Under the pieces are notes generated by a model. The model was given only the letters and a program-made list of their open reading frames with translations, was not told the origin of the DNA and did not search any database. The translations under genes and the position numbers were made by a program. 64,000 nt of DNA from a virus: positions 1-64,000 of the IMG/VR virus record IMGVR_UViG_3300025941_000667, one strand, 5' to 3'. Shown one piece after another: positions 27,875 to 37,916 of the stretch (the first letter of the stretch is position 1; each line of letters starts with the position of its first letter).

Positions 27875-28377
27875 TAGTACCCCCCACCCATACCGTTACT
27901 CGTATGCTGTTTCAGAATCTTCTGAAGTTGCGAGGCGTATTGATCATCAGGACTGCCACCTCCAAAGTTCACAGCTGGAGCCGCACCGGCGCCTCCTGCT
28001 CCTGCTGAAGCCGGCGCTGCTGTTGGTTGTGGAGGCGCTACCGACGGTGCGGTCAATTGTTTTGCTTTGCCTGCCACGTCGAGAGCTTGGCCGCCTGTTT
28101 TGAGGATGTCTCCCAAATTAAACCCACCGGCTTCAGGAGCCGCAGCTCCAGCACCTCCTGCCAAATCAGGTAATCCAACCGCATTCAATAACTCTGGGCT
28201 CGCGCTCGCAATGCCAGTTCCTGCCGTGGCAGCAGGTAGTGCAGCCATAGGAGCAGCGGCGCCACCTAAGCCACCAAGCAGAGAAGAGAGAATGCCACCG
28301 CCTCCAGCAGCCCCAGCGCCACCAATACCGAGGGCGCTCATAATCTGCGGTAGAAAGGCCGCTAACATTTCAATCAT
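27874..28377 (-). CDS. Small Ala/Gly-rich putative ejection protein
   Basis: Hydrophobic G/A-rich N-terminus; first position in the ejection gene block. Confidence 0.55.
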   Translation of the reverse strand: MIEMLAAFLPQIMSALGIGGAGAAGGGGILSSLLGGLGGAAAPMAALPAATAGTGIASASPELLNAVGLPDLAGGAGAAAPEAGGFNLGDILKTGGQALDVAGKAKQLTAPSVAPPQPTAAPASAGAGGAGAAPAVNFGGGSPDDQYASQLQKILKQHTSNGMGGGY

Positions 28378-28565
28378 GAGGTGGTTCCTTTCATCTGTTC
28401 TTGCAACGCGGCAAGTTGCGCCTTGGTGTCTTGGAGGTCTTGCCAGATTTTCGTGAATGTTCGCTTTACTTCCCGGTCATAGGCAGCAAGATGCTCATGC
28501 GGTTGCATACCAGGGAGTGGTGCGGCAAATACGGGAAGAATGTGCGTGACTGACTGATCGGCCAT
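28374..28565 (-). CDS. Small coiled-coil hypothetical protein
   Basis: 63 aa; GAGG SD; ATGA overlap with the next gene. Confidence 0.55.
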   Translation of the reverse strand: MADQSVTHILPVFAAPLPGMQPHEHLAAYDREVKRTFTKIWQDLQDTKAQLAALQEQMKGTTS

Positions 28566-28614
28566 AGGTCACCTCTCTCCCCACGTATTGGAACACAATA
28601 CGAAAAAAAAAGAA

Positions 28615-31600
28615 TCAGGCTGCTAATTGCCAAGGCTGTAACTGTCGGTCATTGTCTAGTTCGGCTACTTCCCAGTATGATTCTGGGTAGACCACGAACC
28701 CTTCTACGCTCTCAAGTCGATACTCCAGTTGCTTCCCAGCAACACCGATGGGACAACTCACACGATAGAATTGCCGGGTGTTCTGTGAAGAGGGAAGCGT
28801 TGTTTGATGAACCTTTTTGTTGTCCGCGTAAAACGTTAGCAAAACAGCATCGGTGCTACGAAGCAATAAATTTCCGCGACGGCACCAACCTTGAGACCGA
28901 GTAAACGTGTAGCGCCCAACATGGATGGAATCTTTACGAGGCTCTACTTGGTAGGATGGCCCCATGCCAAAGAGCGTCACCCGCACTTTCTTTTGCCAGA
29001 TCGAAAGACGAAGGCTGGCTTTGTAGCCAATAATGCCGCTCGGCATTCCATCCCCATCGACAACGGGAAAGAAGAGTTTTGATCGGCCCCAGGCGCCTTG
29101 CATTCCTAGGGGAATCAGCTGTCCATCGTCGACGGAGATTTCCGCCATGACTTGCGTATTGTCACCGCCCGTGTCTACATCGACGAGTACGCCCTTTACA
29201 TCAACCTCACGGTCGGACGGTTTCAACTCCGCATCAAAGGTATGTTGGGCATTGATCAGTACGGACTCTTGGCCGAAGTCGGTAGCGAGGTCGCCGTTTG
29301 GTTCATACTTGATGAGCCACCCATCGCGCGTACCTCCTTCGAGATCATCAATCACATCGGTAGCAACGGACTCGCCTTTCTCCCAGCGAAAGCGGCGCAT
29401 TTCCCAGCCCACGCCGTGCGCTTTATACCAAGCAGGCGGATTACGCTCTATTTGATAAATAAGAACACGGCATGTCTTGTCTAAATCGTCAAGGAAGACC
29501 CGATAGGTTCTATTATAATACGCCCCAACAATGTTCTCATATTCGGTTGCGGTCTCCGGCAAGACCCCAAAGATTTCCAGACCATCTTGATTGACTGTTT
29601 CTCCGTGGATAAATGGCTCGAGCTGAGTAGACGCGATGCTGCGCGAGGTCGAGCCATTGAATAGATACGGTCCATCAGTGGACCCGTAATAGAAGATGCC
29701 ATACGGCGAGGAAACAAAAGCATACGGGGAATCTGTGCCAATCGGGGCTTCGGTTTTTTCCACTTCATAGGTATTATTAAATGGAGTGACTCGCCAAATA
29801 TGCGCTTTCGTCGCAATCCACATGCGCCCTTCCCAGACGACGACTGCGCGAATGGGATCAACCGGCGAGCCTGCTAATTCGTAATTTGTCAGGGGGAAGG
29901 AATCTGGATAAAATTTCTCTGACCACCGCAACGCATAGGGTGATTCCTCGTCTCCAGTCCCGACGACCGTAAAGATCCACGAGTTTGTAGCCGTATGGCC
30001 TGTAGTCGCGGCAAACTTAATAGTCATGCCAAAGCTGAGTGTCTGAAACCCACCTGTGATGACGACGCCTGTAGTAAATGTACCGCCGATCGTATCGCGC
30101 CACTTAAACGTATCAGGGGTGCCGGTTGCATCAATCACAATCTCATACGTGCGTTGTGTTTGGCCCGTATAGACTACCCCTGTGGTGAAATCATTGAGTC
30201 CGGCGCCGGTATAGGCAATCGGTCCCACAAACGCCTTATTGCTCATCCCCATCACAAACATTCGGTTGTCAAACGAAATGGCAAAGCGGCCTGTGGGAGG
30301 AATGTGGTTAATCTCGACTTGTGTTCCTGCTGCATTAAGTTTCCCGAGAATTTCTCCCAGCTCCAGATCATCCTTAATGTCCAGATACGTCGTAGTCGCA
30401 TAGGGAATCGTGGCTACCAATTGGAAGAGGCCCGCGCCATCACGATTACGGCGCCATAGTCTCCAATGTGTCACTTGCGCATCCGATGTCGTTGAGACAC
30501 GGGTAATGTCAATGCCTTGGCGGTGGGCTAGAATCTGAGCAGAGATCCGTTCGATGCCATTGTAGATGTCCGCCAATTGGCGAGAATTGGATGGAATGTT
30601 TATACCTTCAGCCCACCACGTCACCTTGTACTCGAACGTGCCTTCCGGGTGCGTAAAGGCCTCGAGGCGCATATCGTCAGCAGAGACAATCACATCGCTG
30701 CCTACCGCGGCTTCAGCGCTGCCGGCCACGGTAATCTGTGTCCCGTTGGCATTTGCCCACCCTTGAGTTGAACCGCCCGTCGGGCGAACACGCTGGAAGT
30801 CAGTCTGGTGGAATTTGAATTCCTGCCAATTGTTATCTTGCTGAAATGAGGATGCAGGAATCCGAATCCAGTAATAGTCATCCTGAAAATTGGTAGATCC
30901 GGAGACATTGACGCCTACTTCAACGTGGTCAAGAAACTGGGTGTGGTTACACTTGAGCATAATCCGCACCCACGCTTGATCGGTATACACCGCAAGACTG
31001 CCAATCGAAAACATGCGCCGGAAGCGCTCGGTTTTCTTCTGGGGCACAGTAAATTTTCGGGCAGACGTAGCGTAGAAGTTTGCATCTGAGCCTTCCGTCC
31101 CCGTCCCGTCCACCGCAGTATAGGCAGTCGCAAAATCATCAATGGCAGTAATCGCCGGTTGGCTGGCATTGAGCGCCACGGTAGGTGCAGCGGCAGGCCC
31201 GTCAATGCCCCAATTACGAGTCAGGGTTCCATTGTCTTTCTTCCGACTATCACCTGTCGCGGCGCCGTGACTCGTCGCGGTGCCGTCACCGTTTGCCATA
31301 TAGGTCCACTGCTCTGAGACGGCAGTGGAGGGGGCCATGGAAGCAAAAGTAAAGCGACGACCGGACATGCCGGTCAAGAGATCGGTCCCGGTGTCGTAGC
31401 CACGTTTCACTTTTGAGCCGACGCCAATGTAGCGCACGGAGCCGTGGACAATATGGCTGTGGACTTCTGTAGCGTTGGCATTGGCCGTGCCGTCGGTCAA
31501 CTGCTGAAGATTGATCTTTGCGGTTCCTTGTCGGCCACGGAGAATACCATCCGGTTCAACGTGGGCATTGGATAATTCAATGAGGCTATTTCTACCCGCA

Positions 31601-31677
31601 GCCGTACCCCGCTGAATCACGAGACCCTCATGGAAATCAGAGAGGAGATAGTCTTGCGTTTGAGCGGATACGGGCAT
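28615..31677 (-). CDS. Tail nozzle / tail tubular protein B-like (P22 gp10 / T7 gp12 analog)
   Basis: 1020 aa, beta-rich; DF.EGL, GILRGRQG, FDNRMFV, LRWSE...PDSFP; follows the adaptor genes. Confidence 0.7.
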   Translation of the reverse strand: MPVSAQTQDYLLSDFHEGLVIQRGTAAGRNSLIELSNAHVEPDGILRGRQGTAKINLQQLTDGTANANATEVHSHIVHGSVRYIGVGSKVKRGYDTGTDLLTGMSGRRFTFASMAPSTAVSEQWTYMANGDGTATSHGAATGDSRKKDNGTLTRNWGIDGPAAAPTVALNASQPAITAIDDFATAYTAVDGTGTEGSDANFYATSARKFTVPQKKTERFRRMFSIGSLAVYTDQAWVRIMLKCNHTQFLDHVEVGVNVSGSTNFQDDYYWIRIPASSFQQDNNWQEFKFHQTDFQRVRPTGGSTQGWANANGTQITVAGSAEAAVGSDVIVSADDMRLEAFTHPEGTFEYKVTWWAEGINIPSNSRQLADIYNGIERISAQILAHRQGIDITRVSTTSDAQVTHWRLWRRNRDGAGLFQLVATIPYATTTYLDIKDDLELGEILGKLNAAGTQVEINHIPPTGRFAISFDNRMFVMGMSNKAFVGPIAYTGAGLNDFTTGVVYTGQTQRTYEIVIDATGTPDTFKWRDTIGGTFTTGVVITGGFQTLSFGMTIKFAATTGHTATNSWIFTVVGTGDEESPYALRWSEKFYPDSFPLTNYELAGSPVDPIRAVVVWEGRMWIATKAHIWRVTPFNNTYEVEKTEAPIGTDSPYAFVSSPYGIFYYGSTDGPYLFNGSTSRSIASTQLEPFIHGETVNQDGLEIFGVLPETATEYENIVGAYYNRTYRVFLDDLDKTCRVLIYQIERNPPAWYKAHGVGWEMRRFRWEKGESVATDVIDDLEGGTRDGWLIKYEPNGDLATDFGQESVLINAQHTFDAELKPSDREVDVKGVLVDVDTGGDNTQVMAEISVDDGQLIPLGMQGAWGRSKLFFPVVDGDGMPSGIIGYKASLRLSIWQKKVRVTLFGMGPSYQVEPRKDSIHVGRYTFTRSQGWCRRGNLLLRSTDAVLLTFYADNKKVHQTTLPSSQNTRQFYRVSCPIGVAGKQLEYRLESVEGFVVYPESYWEVAELDNDRQLQPWQLAA

Positions 31678-31679
31678 GG

Positions 31680-32018
31680 TTATTCCTTATTCACCATTCT
31701 CCATGCTTGGAGATAAAGACACGAGGAGTCGTGCCCATTTTCCTCCTCATTGATAGGATGGCTGGCGCCGGGGAGCGGCCACTCCGCAATGCCTCTGTCG
31801 CAAAACCAACACAGATTCTGACCTTCATGGAGATAGGAACCGTGCGCAACAAAGGCCCGTACACAGTCGAGCAGCGCCCGGACGTAACACGCATCGTCCT
31901 CGGGATCTACCTGTTGAACAAGTTGCGTATGAGCGCGTCGAGAAAGCTGGGCGGCGCCCAGCGTGCCAAAATACGTTCTCTCAGCGATGGTCCGCAATAC
32001 GTCACGCATAGTCGTCAT
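31680..32018 (-). CDS. Hypothetical protein (CWFC...H..C)
   Basis: 112 aa; ATGA coupling. Confidence 0.5.
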   Translation of the reverse strand: MTTMRDVLRTIAERTYFGTLGAAQLSRRAHTQLVQQVDPEDDACYVRALLDCVRAFVAHGSYLHEGQNLCWFCDRGIAEWPLPGASHPINEEENGHDSSCLYLQAWRMVNKE

Positions 32019-32629
32019 CGGGGGCTCCTCTTATCAATTACGTCGCGCCAGAGCTGGCTGAGCGCTCGAAAGAAAGCACCCTGTTGCGCATCCCTAGCGG
32101 TATGGGCACCTTCTCTAAATCCAGCGCATGTCAGATACACAAGTAAAGGTCTTATCCACTGCATTGACGGGTTCTCATCTTCAGGAGAACAAATCTCATA
32201 GATTGTGAGTCCATTGGCTGTCGATGTGGCCGGAGCGGGATGAATAAAAAAGACTTGTGGTGTAACTGTAGGGTCCGGGGTCTCATCGTGCCACCACACC
32301 TGGGGGGTTCCCGGTTCATCGACGGTATCCGTCGCTTGCGCTTGCCACTTACGACGCAACAAATCAAGCGAAGCGCCCGTAACCTTCCCAAGATGACGAC
32401 TGCCGTACATCACGGACACAATGCGGCGCATGCGCGGTTGCGCAACATAGCGGCGCTGATTCGCTACCGTGTTCGGGAATTCAGTCTCCATAAACCAGTC
32501 GGTTGTTTGCAATAACACCCGCAATTCGTCAGAGTAGACATCTTGGAGCTTGATATCCCACTCCGTATTGTTAACGGGAAGCCGGAGCAAATCCTTACAG
32601 GTGTACAGAATGTCACTTGGGATGGTCAT
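32015..32629 (-). CDS. Head-tail adaptor/ring protein paralog 3
   Basis: TVANQRRY, GTPQVW, IHPAP, LLVY pattern shared with the two upstream genes. Confidence 0.55.
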   Translation of the reverse strand: MTIPSDILYTCKDLLRLPVNNTEWDIKLQDVYSDELRVLLQTTDWFMETEFPNTVANQRRYVAQPRMRRIVSVMYGSRHLGKVTGASLDLLRRKWQAQATDTVDEPGTPQVWWHDETPDPTVTPQVFFIHPAPATSTANGLTIYEICSPEDENPSMQWIRPLLVYLTCAGFREGAHTARDAQQGAFFRALSQLWRDVIDKRSPR

Positions 32630-32723
32630 GGCGGCGTTTCGTTTTCCTCACAACGTAGAGAAACACTTCGGCAAGGAGTGTCCCAATTGCGATGCCAATA
32701 AAGATAACCCAAAAATTGCCCAT
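32613..32723 (-). CDS. 36-aa single-TM peptide (not in the ORF track)
   Basis: MGNFWVIFIGIAIGTLLAEVFLYVVRKTKRRHDHPK; TAATG coupling; fills the intergenic gap. Confidence 0.5.
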   Translation of the reverse strand: MGNFWVIFIGIAIGTLLAEVFLYVVRKTKRRHDHPK

Positions 32724-33385
32724 TACGGTCTCTCATCACTCTTTGTTAAGGGAGCCTCGAAACGTGAGGGTGCATCGCGTTGCGTCGAATCACGAAGGAA
32801 GCGCACATCTCTCTTATTCCCCGCATGTTCTGCCACCATTTTCAAAAGATCCTGAGTACGAGCCATTTGCCCTTCTTTGGCAGCACCTAACATTGTTGCG
32901 TAAGTCATCAGGGCTTCATGCCACATATCTTGAATCACAGGACTCACTCCGGCAGGAGGATCACTCAAAGTCGTAGGCGGGCACGCAAGATAAGTAATGT
33001 CAACATTCATATTTGCGCTAGGCGGTTTCACGAAGGCTGACATAGTATGCCCCAAGCGAATGTAATTCTCAGGCGTGCCGCGTTGCGTGCGCCAGGCAGG
33101 ACGCACCCGCGCCACAGTATCGAGCTTGATTTCTGTCACAGGAAAATTCGCAATGGTGATACGCAGGGGCCAGCACCAATCAGGATAGGTATCGAGCATA
33201 TTGTACTCAGGAACATTCGCGAGCAATGGAAACGTAACGGTCTTCTCGACAAGAAACCGAGAGAGTGAGAGAAACAATTCACCGTGCTCCAGGTACGTCT
33301 GGACATTGGCATCGGTATGGAACGTACCATCCTCATCATCCAGAGTAGACTGCACGTCGAGAATAATATCAGCGAAGGTAGACAT
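32723..33385 (-). CDS. Head-tail adaptor/ring protein paralog 2
   Basis: MSTFADIILDVQSTLDD, LANVPEY, GTPENY, WHEALMTYA. Confidence 0.65.
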   Translation of the reverse strand: MSTFADIILDVQSTLDDEDGTFHTDANVQTYLEHGELFLSLSRFLVEKTVTFPLLANVPEYNMLDTYPDWCWPLRITIANFPVTEIKLDTVARVRPAWRTQRGTPENYIRLGHTMSAFVKPPSANMNVDITYLACPPTTLSDPPAGVSPVIQDMWHEALMTYATMLGAAKEGQMARTQDLLKMVAEHAGNKRDVRFLRDSTQRDAPSRFEAPLTKSDERP

Positions 33386-33387
33386 CG

Positions 33388-34281
33388 TTAATACTCAAAG
33401 GCGGGGAATCCATAATGTGTATCGGTGCCCCACGCATCATAAAAATCACCCGGTTTGCGTTCGGCATAGCCGAAGCGGTAGCGATCGGCACGGCGGACAC
33501 GCGGCATACGATCAATCTGTTTTTTCTCCCATTCGGCGGCCAAACGCATCCAATACGGACCTTCTTGTACATTCCCATTTCCCGCAACCGTTAGACATCC
33601 GTTTGCAATCGCTTTCTCAAGTAAGACCTGTGCCAGGAGCGTAAGAATCTGGTCTCCAGAAGTAATTGACCCCGCAATCAAGCCCACATAGGTCAAATGA
33701 TACACAGCATCAGGGACAGGCGAAAGTTCAATCATGGACTGACCAAGACTATTTTCTCCGATTGGCATATACCCCCACTGTTGCCCGGTCACAAGGCGTT
33801 GCGGATCTACGGCATCAAGATTCCACTGTGTGCCCTCGCGCACGGGATAAGCACCGGCCATCGTGAGAATGCGTTCAATGCCAACAGGAAGAGCGTAGCG
33901 ATGTTGAAAGAGAGTATAGGACGCGCCAGTAACAGTCGTTCCAGTAAAGGGCGCAGTCAACGTCAGCACTTGCGCCGTCACAGCAGAGACTTCGTAAAAA
34001 TTGGAGTCCGGAAGACGAATAAATTTCCCGACATCCCCAGGATCGGCAAATGACGTACCAGTCCCGGTAACGGTCGCACCACCTGCAACAACGGCAATCG
34101 TTCCATCCGTCTTCGGAGCAATTGTAGTCAAGACAAGATTTTGCCGGGCAAACGACCATGCGTACTCATTCATGAGGCCACGCCACTCATCATCTACCAC
34201 AGTCCGGGCTTCTTCTATATCGAGCGGCTTGACACGGAGCCGGACCCGACCGTTGATATCATCAAAATTGAGAAACGCCAT
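33388..34281 (-). CDS. Head-tail adaptor/ring protein paralog 1 with an inserted beta domain
   Basis: WSFA, YALP, ELSPVPDAVY; insert GTIAV..GATVTGTGTSF..LTLTAPFTG. Confidence 0.65.
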   Translation of the reverse strand: MAFLNFDDINGRVRLRVKPLDIEEARTVVDDEWRGLMNEYAWSFARQNLVLTTIAPKTDGTIAVVAGGATVTGTGTSFADPGDVGKFIRLPDSNFYEVSAVTAQVLTLTAPFTGTTVTGASYTLFQHRYALPVGIERILTMAGAYPVREGTQWNLDAVDPQRLVTGQQWGYMPIGENSLGQSMIELSPVPDAVYHLTYVGLIAGSITSGDQILTLLAQVLLEKAIANGCLTVAGNGNVQEGPYWMRLAAEWEKKQIDRMPRVRRADRYRFGYAERKPGDFYDAWGTDTHYGFPAFEY

Positions 34282-34290
34282 ACTAAACTC

Positions 34291-34887
34291 CTAGGGCAAG
34301 GTCCCATGAAAGTTTGCTGTTTTGACCGGAACAATCCGGGCAAATCGGGCATCAGCGCCCGATGTAGGAATAAACTGATAATACACCGAATAGAAATGTC
34401 CGGCATCAGGAAAGGCATCGAGCACATGCAAAAAATTGTAGCCAACGCTGTCAGCGGTCCAGCGCTTGTCGATCTTCGGGCGATCAAACACGGTGCTCAC
34501 AATCGTGAGCGTCCCGGTATCAATCGCCGTTTCTGGATCTTCGCCGCTTGTATCGAACACAGCGTAAGTAATAGACGAGAGTGAGGCTTGCGTAATGTAT
34601 GCACCCGTGAGATCACATTCCCGGAGCAGAATCACAACTGGCTGATTGGGAACAATAGAAAGGGTGGCGGTCATAGTGGGCAACTCCTCATCATCGGGGG
34701 CTTGCCAGAGGGCGCAGGCTTCGGCGCCTTGGTAGAGATCATACTCCTCGGCTTCCGCTGCCGCCCGAAATAAGCTAAACGGAAGGATGAACGCGGGGGC
34801 ATTATCAAAATCGAGGGACAAGCCCGCAACTTGGTCGCTGAGAGTAATCCCCGCGTGTCCATCGGCTGACCACTCATCAAGGTGCAT
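34291..34887 (-). CDS. Hypothetical structural protein
   Basis: 198 aa, beta-rich C-terminus; coupled. Confidence 0.5.
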   Translation of the reverse strand: MHLDEWSADGHAGITLSDQVAGLSLDFDNAPAFILPFSLFRAAAEAEEYDLYQGAEACALWQAPDDEELPTMTATLSIVPNQPVVILLRECDLTGAYITQASLSSITYAVFDTSGEDPETAIDTGTLTIVSTVFDRPKIDKRWTADSVGYNFLHVLDAFPDAGHFYSVYYQFIPTSGADARFARIVPVKTANFHGTLP

Positions 34888-35960
34888 TACGTTGCCTGCG
34901 AGTAAGTAATTGTGCCGCCCACGTTACTAACAGGCAACGTGGCAATCACGGTGCCAGCATCATTTTTGATTGTCTGCGCACCAGCAGACTGTGCATGTTC
35001 ATCAAAGAAACGGTCAACCAAAGCACGGACACCTTGGGCGAGATTCGCCTTTGCCGCGGACACACTGGTTACGTCAGCAAAATTCGTCGTTGCGTTCTGC
35101 ACTGTCGTAATTTGAGCGGCTAATGCCACAAGTTGGGTATCGAGATTCGCGATGGCTAACCCGATGGCTGCGCGAATAGCGGCAGCATTTAAGGTTGAGA
35201 GTCCCGACTGAATTTCAGTAACAGCATCGGTTGCAAGAGCGGAAGCGGTCAGCGTATTTGCTGCCATGGCTCCGGTACTCGAATCCATCCGGCCAGCCAC
35301 CAATGCGGACGGAAGACGAATCTGGATATCATTCGTGTCCGCTTGGAGAGACACGAGCTGCGTATCGAGGTTCGGGATAGCGAGGCCAAGCGCATCTCGA
35401 ATATCTGCTTGAGTCAGACTGCCGCCGCTCACATTATCAGCAAGCGCCTCGGTAGAATCCGTAGCGGGATTAAACGTGCCGCCGATATCAGAAGGCGTCG
35501 AGGCTGTTTTTGAGAGCAACGCTTTGAAGAACCCCAGCAAAGTATTTACACCCGTACCGGTAATCGAGCCAAACCGGGCAAGCACAGTCGCCATATTTGT
35601 GGCAAGCGTTGCAAGGGTTGCTGCCACCCCAGCTTGCAGCGAGAAACTTTCGAGCACATAACTAACGACAGTTACACCATTCACCGTGCCCGCAGTCAGT
35701 ACCGCCTGAAAGTGATGCCCGGCAGCATAGAAAGTTCCATCAGCGCCGGTATCAATCTTCACGTTGTTCAGCCCCGTCAGGCCGTCGTGATCTGCTAAAA
35801 GCGTAACCCCCGTGGTCGTCTGCGAGAGGCTATCGTCCTTGTAGATGCTAACCGTACCCCCTGACAGCGTAAACGGGACAGCAGGCGAGACGCTAATGTC
35901 TAACGAAGTGAAGTTGAAATAGAGAACCGCGCCAGGATTATAATCGCCACGATAGCCCAT
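34887..35960 (-). CDS. Putative virion fibre/collar protein
   Basis: N-terminal beta domain, repeated IR.A.GLAI.NLDTQLV.L coiled-coil units. Confidence 0.55.
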   Translation of the reverse strand: MGYRGDYNPGAVLYFNFTSLDISVSPAVPFTLSGGTVSIYKDDSLSQTTTGVTLLADHDGLTGLNNVKIDTGADGTFYAAGHHFQAVLTAGTVNGVTVVSYVLESFSLQAGVAATLATLATNMATVLARFGSITGTGVNTLLGFFKALLSKTASTPSDIGGTFNPATDSTEALADNVSGGSLTQADIRDALGLAIPNLDTQLVSLQADTNDIQIRLPSALVAGRMDSSTGAMAANTLTASALATDAVTEIQSGLSTLNAAAIRAAIGLAIANLDTQLVALAAQITTVQNATTNFADVTSVSAAKANLAQGVRALVDRFFDEHAQSAGAQTIKNDAGTVIATLPVSNVGGTITYSQAT

Positions 35961-35964
35961 AAGA

Positions 35965-37257
35965 TTATCCTAAGATGATTGCTCCCCCGCCCCCACCGGC
36001 CACACCTCCACCACCTCCACCCGACGCTACTTGATCCAACACATAAAAGTCCATCATCGGGAACTCAGTTGTGGTATCGACCCACGCCCCTGCGGTTTCC
36101 TTCGTGTAGTACCACGAGCCGCCTCCAGGAAAGGCTTTTGCCAGCTCCGCTGCGGAACCACTATTTACGGTCGTGGCGACGGTTCCAATCTGCCGGCGAT
36201 GGGGAGCATTCCAGTTGGTGGACCCATAGTAGACAAACCGGTAGGGCGTGTTTTTGATCAACGTATACGGGGCAGAGAAGAGACAGCCAATATAGACTGT
36301 ACCGTCGGTAGAGAGACGCTCGGTACCAAATCGGGCAGGCGAACCAGCAGGTCCCCCACCATTCCCTTCCCACAATCTCACGCCGGTCGCATTGACAACG
36401 TTACTGCCAATATAATTGACGACACCATACACTTCGAGCTTTTCGGTCACGCCATCAATATAAAGCCCGCGCTGGTTCGTATCTAACGCGCTGGCGGTAA
36501 AAGCAGTAAACGGATCGCCCGCCGCTGTGCCATCGGTAAAAATTGCCACAATCCCTTGGGTCTGATTCCGAATCGTCAGTGTCGACCAGCCGTTGGCCGT
36601 ACTCGCGGCATTCCACAAGATCGTGGAGCCCACACTCAAGGTATTAAAATCCCGGTGCAGGACGGTAATGTAATCGGTTCCACTGGCTGCCGCATTCGCG
36701 ACAATGAACCAATAGAGAGTATTAGCGGCGATGGACACTGTGAGCGTTCCACTCTTGATCCACCCTGCTTGTGACAACGGATTGACCGTAGCCGTCGCTA
36801 ACGCCGCAATCCCAGTATTTGGCTTGTAGGCGGTATGCGCTCGTACTTCAGCATTGATTGAGGTGACGTTGGCGGCAGTGCCATGGTAGGCATTGATATT
36901 AAAGTAGAGGGCACTGAGCGTCTTCGCTAAGGGGATGGCGCCGCCTGCACCGATGGCAATCCCTGCGGACCCTGCCGTATAAGCAGTGTTAATATCCTGG
37001 GTCGAAAAGTTAGCGCCCGTATCTCCAAGGTCAAAGCCGATCACCGGACGCATGTGGCTGAACCCACCATGCAATCCGATGCCACCCGAAACAGCAGGAA
37101 TAAGATTTCCATCAGCTTCTGCGAAGCGTTCGTATGGTTGAATGCGGGGTGACCACTGCGCACGGCCACGGTCAAGAACCACAGGTCCGGAGAGCGCATT
37201 GTTGCGCCATGGACTCCACACCCGCAACTTCTCGTAGCGATGGAAGAGGAGGTGCAT
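35965..37257 (-). CDS. Putative virion accessory/receptor-binding protein
   Basis: 430 aa, beta-rich, poly-Gly C-terminus. Confidence 0.5.
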   Translation of the reverse strand: MHLLFHRYEKLRVWSPWRNNALSGPVVLDRGRAQWSPRIQPYERFAEADGNLIPAVSGGIGLHGGFSHMRPVIGFDLGDTGANFSTQDINTAYTAGSAGIAIGAGGAIPLAKTLSALYFNINAYHGTAANVTSINAEVRAHTAYKPNTGIAALATATVNPLSQAGWIKSGTLTVSIAANTLYWFIVANAAASGTDYITVLHRDFNTLSVGSTILWNAASTANGWSTLTIRNQTQGIVAIFTDGTAAGDPFTAFTASALDTNQRGLYIDGVTEKLEVYGVVNYIGSNVVNATGVRLWEGNGGGPAGSPARFGTERLSTDGTVYIGCLFSAPYTLIKNTPYRFVYYGSTNWNAPHRRQIGTVATTVNSGSAAELAKAFPGGGSWYYTKETAGAWVDTTTEFPMMDFYVLDQVASGGGGGGVAGGGGGAIILG

Positions 37258-37916
37258 TACGCTACTGCCTCCAGCTTGAGTTGTTCCGCTTGGGGCCGCT
37301 TCGGTGTGAACAGGCTCGGCGTCGTGTTTCTTAGGCGGTTCGCAGCGATTTCACAATACGATTCCTCAATCTCGATGCCGATAGCTTTTCTGCCGAGTTG
37401 CTTTGCGGCTACTAGCGTGGTGCCGGAACCGGCGAAGGGGTCGAGGGTGTCCCCTTCGACAAAGGAGCAGCACCAAGACATAAGGAGAAGGGGCTTTTCT
37501 GTAGGGTGTAATGGCCTTCGCCCTAGTCGTGGCAAATCAAATGTGCGGACTGGTTTGTCTAAATTTGTCCAGGCAAGTTCAGCATCAGCTAACGTGAAAT
37601 TCCTTTCCGGCTTATTCCAAATCAACCAGCACCGAGCCGGAGGCAATGGGAAATAATTTCCGCCCCAGATAATAATCTTTTGGCCTTTTGTCAGGAGTAA
37701 GTCAAAAACTTCTTTCGCGGGAGGGGCACTGTCCCATATAGCACCATCGCTGATGTACAGGTTTTTCTTTGCCCAAGTGCCACCTTGCATAAGTTTACGG
37801 ATTCCGTAAGGCGGGTCAGTAATGACGGCATCCACCGGCCCCACCTCCGGCAAAATCTCTCGACAATCCCCGTGGTAGAGCACGATGCCGTCTTCTTCGT
37901 AGTAGGGTTTCAGCAT
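37257..37916 (-). CDS. DNA amino-methyltransferase (N6-A/N4-C, beta class)
   Basis: GDC, ITDPPYG, HPTEKP, LDPFAGSGTT, GIEIEESY. Confidence 0.93.
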   Translation of the reverse strand: MLKPYYEEDGIVLYHGDCREILPEVGPVDAVITDPPYGIRKLMQGGTWAKKNLYISDGAIWDSAPPAKEVFDLLLTKGQKIIIWGGNYFPLPPARCWLIWNKPERNFTLADAELAWTNLDKPVRTFDLPRLGRRPLHPTEKPLLLMSWCCSFVEGDTLDPFAGSGTTLVAAKQLGRKAIGIEIEESYCEIAANRLRNTTPSLFTPKRPQAEQLKLEAVA

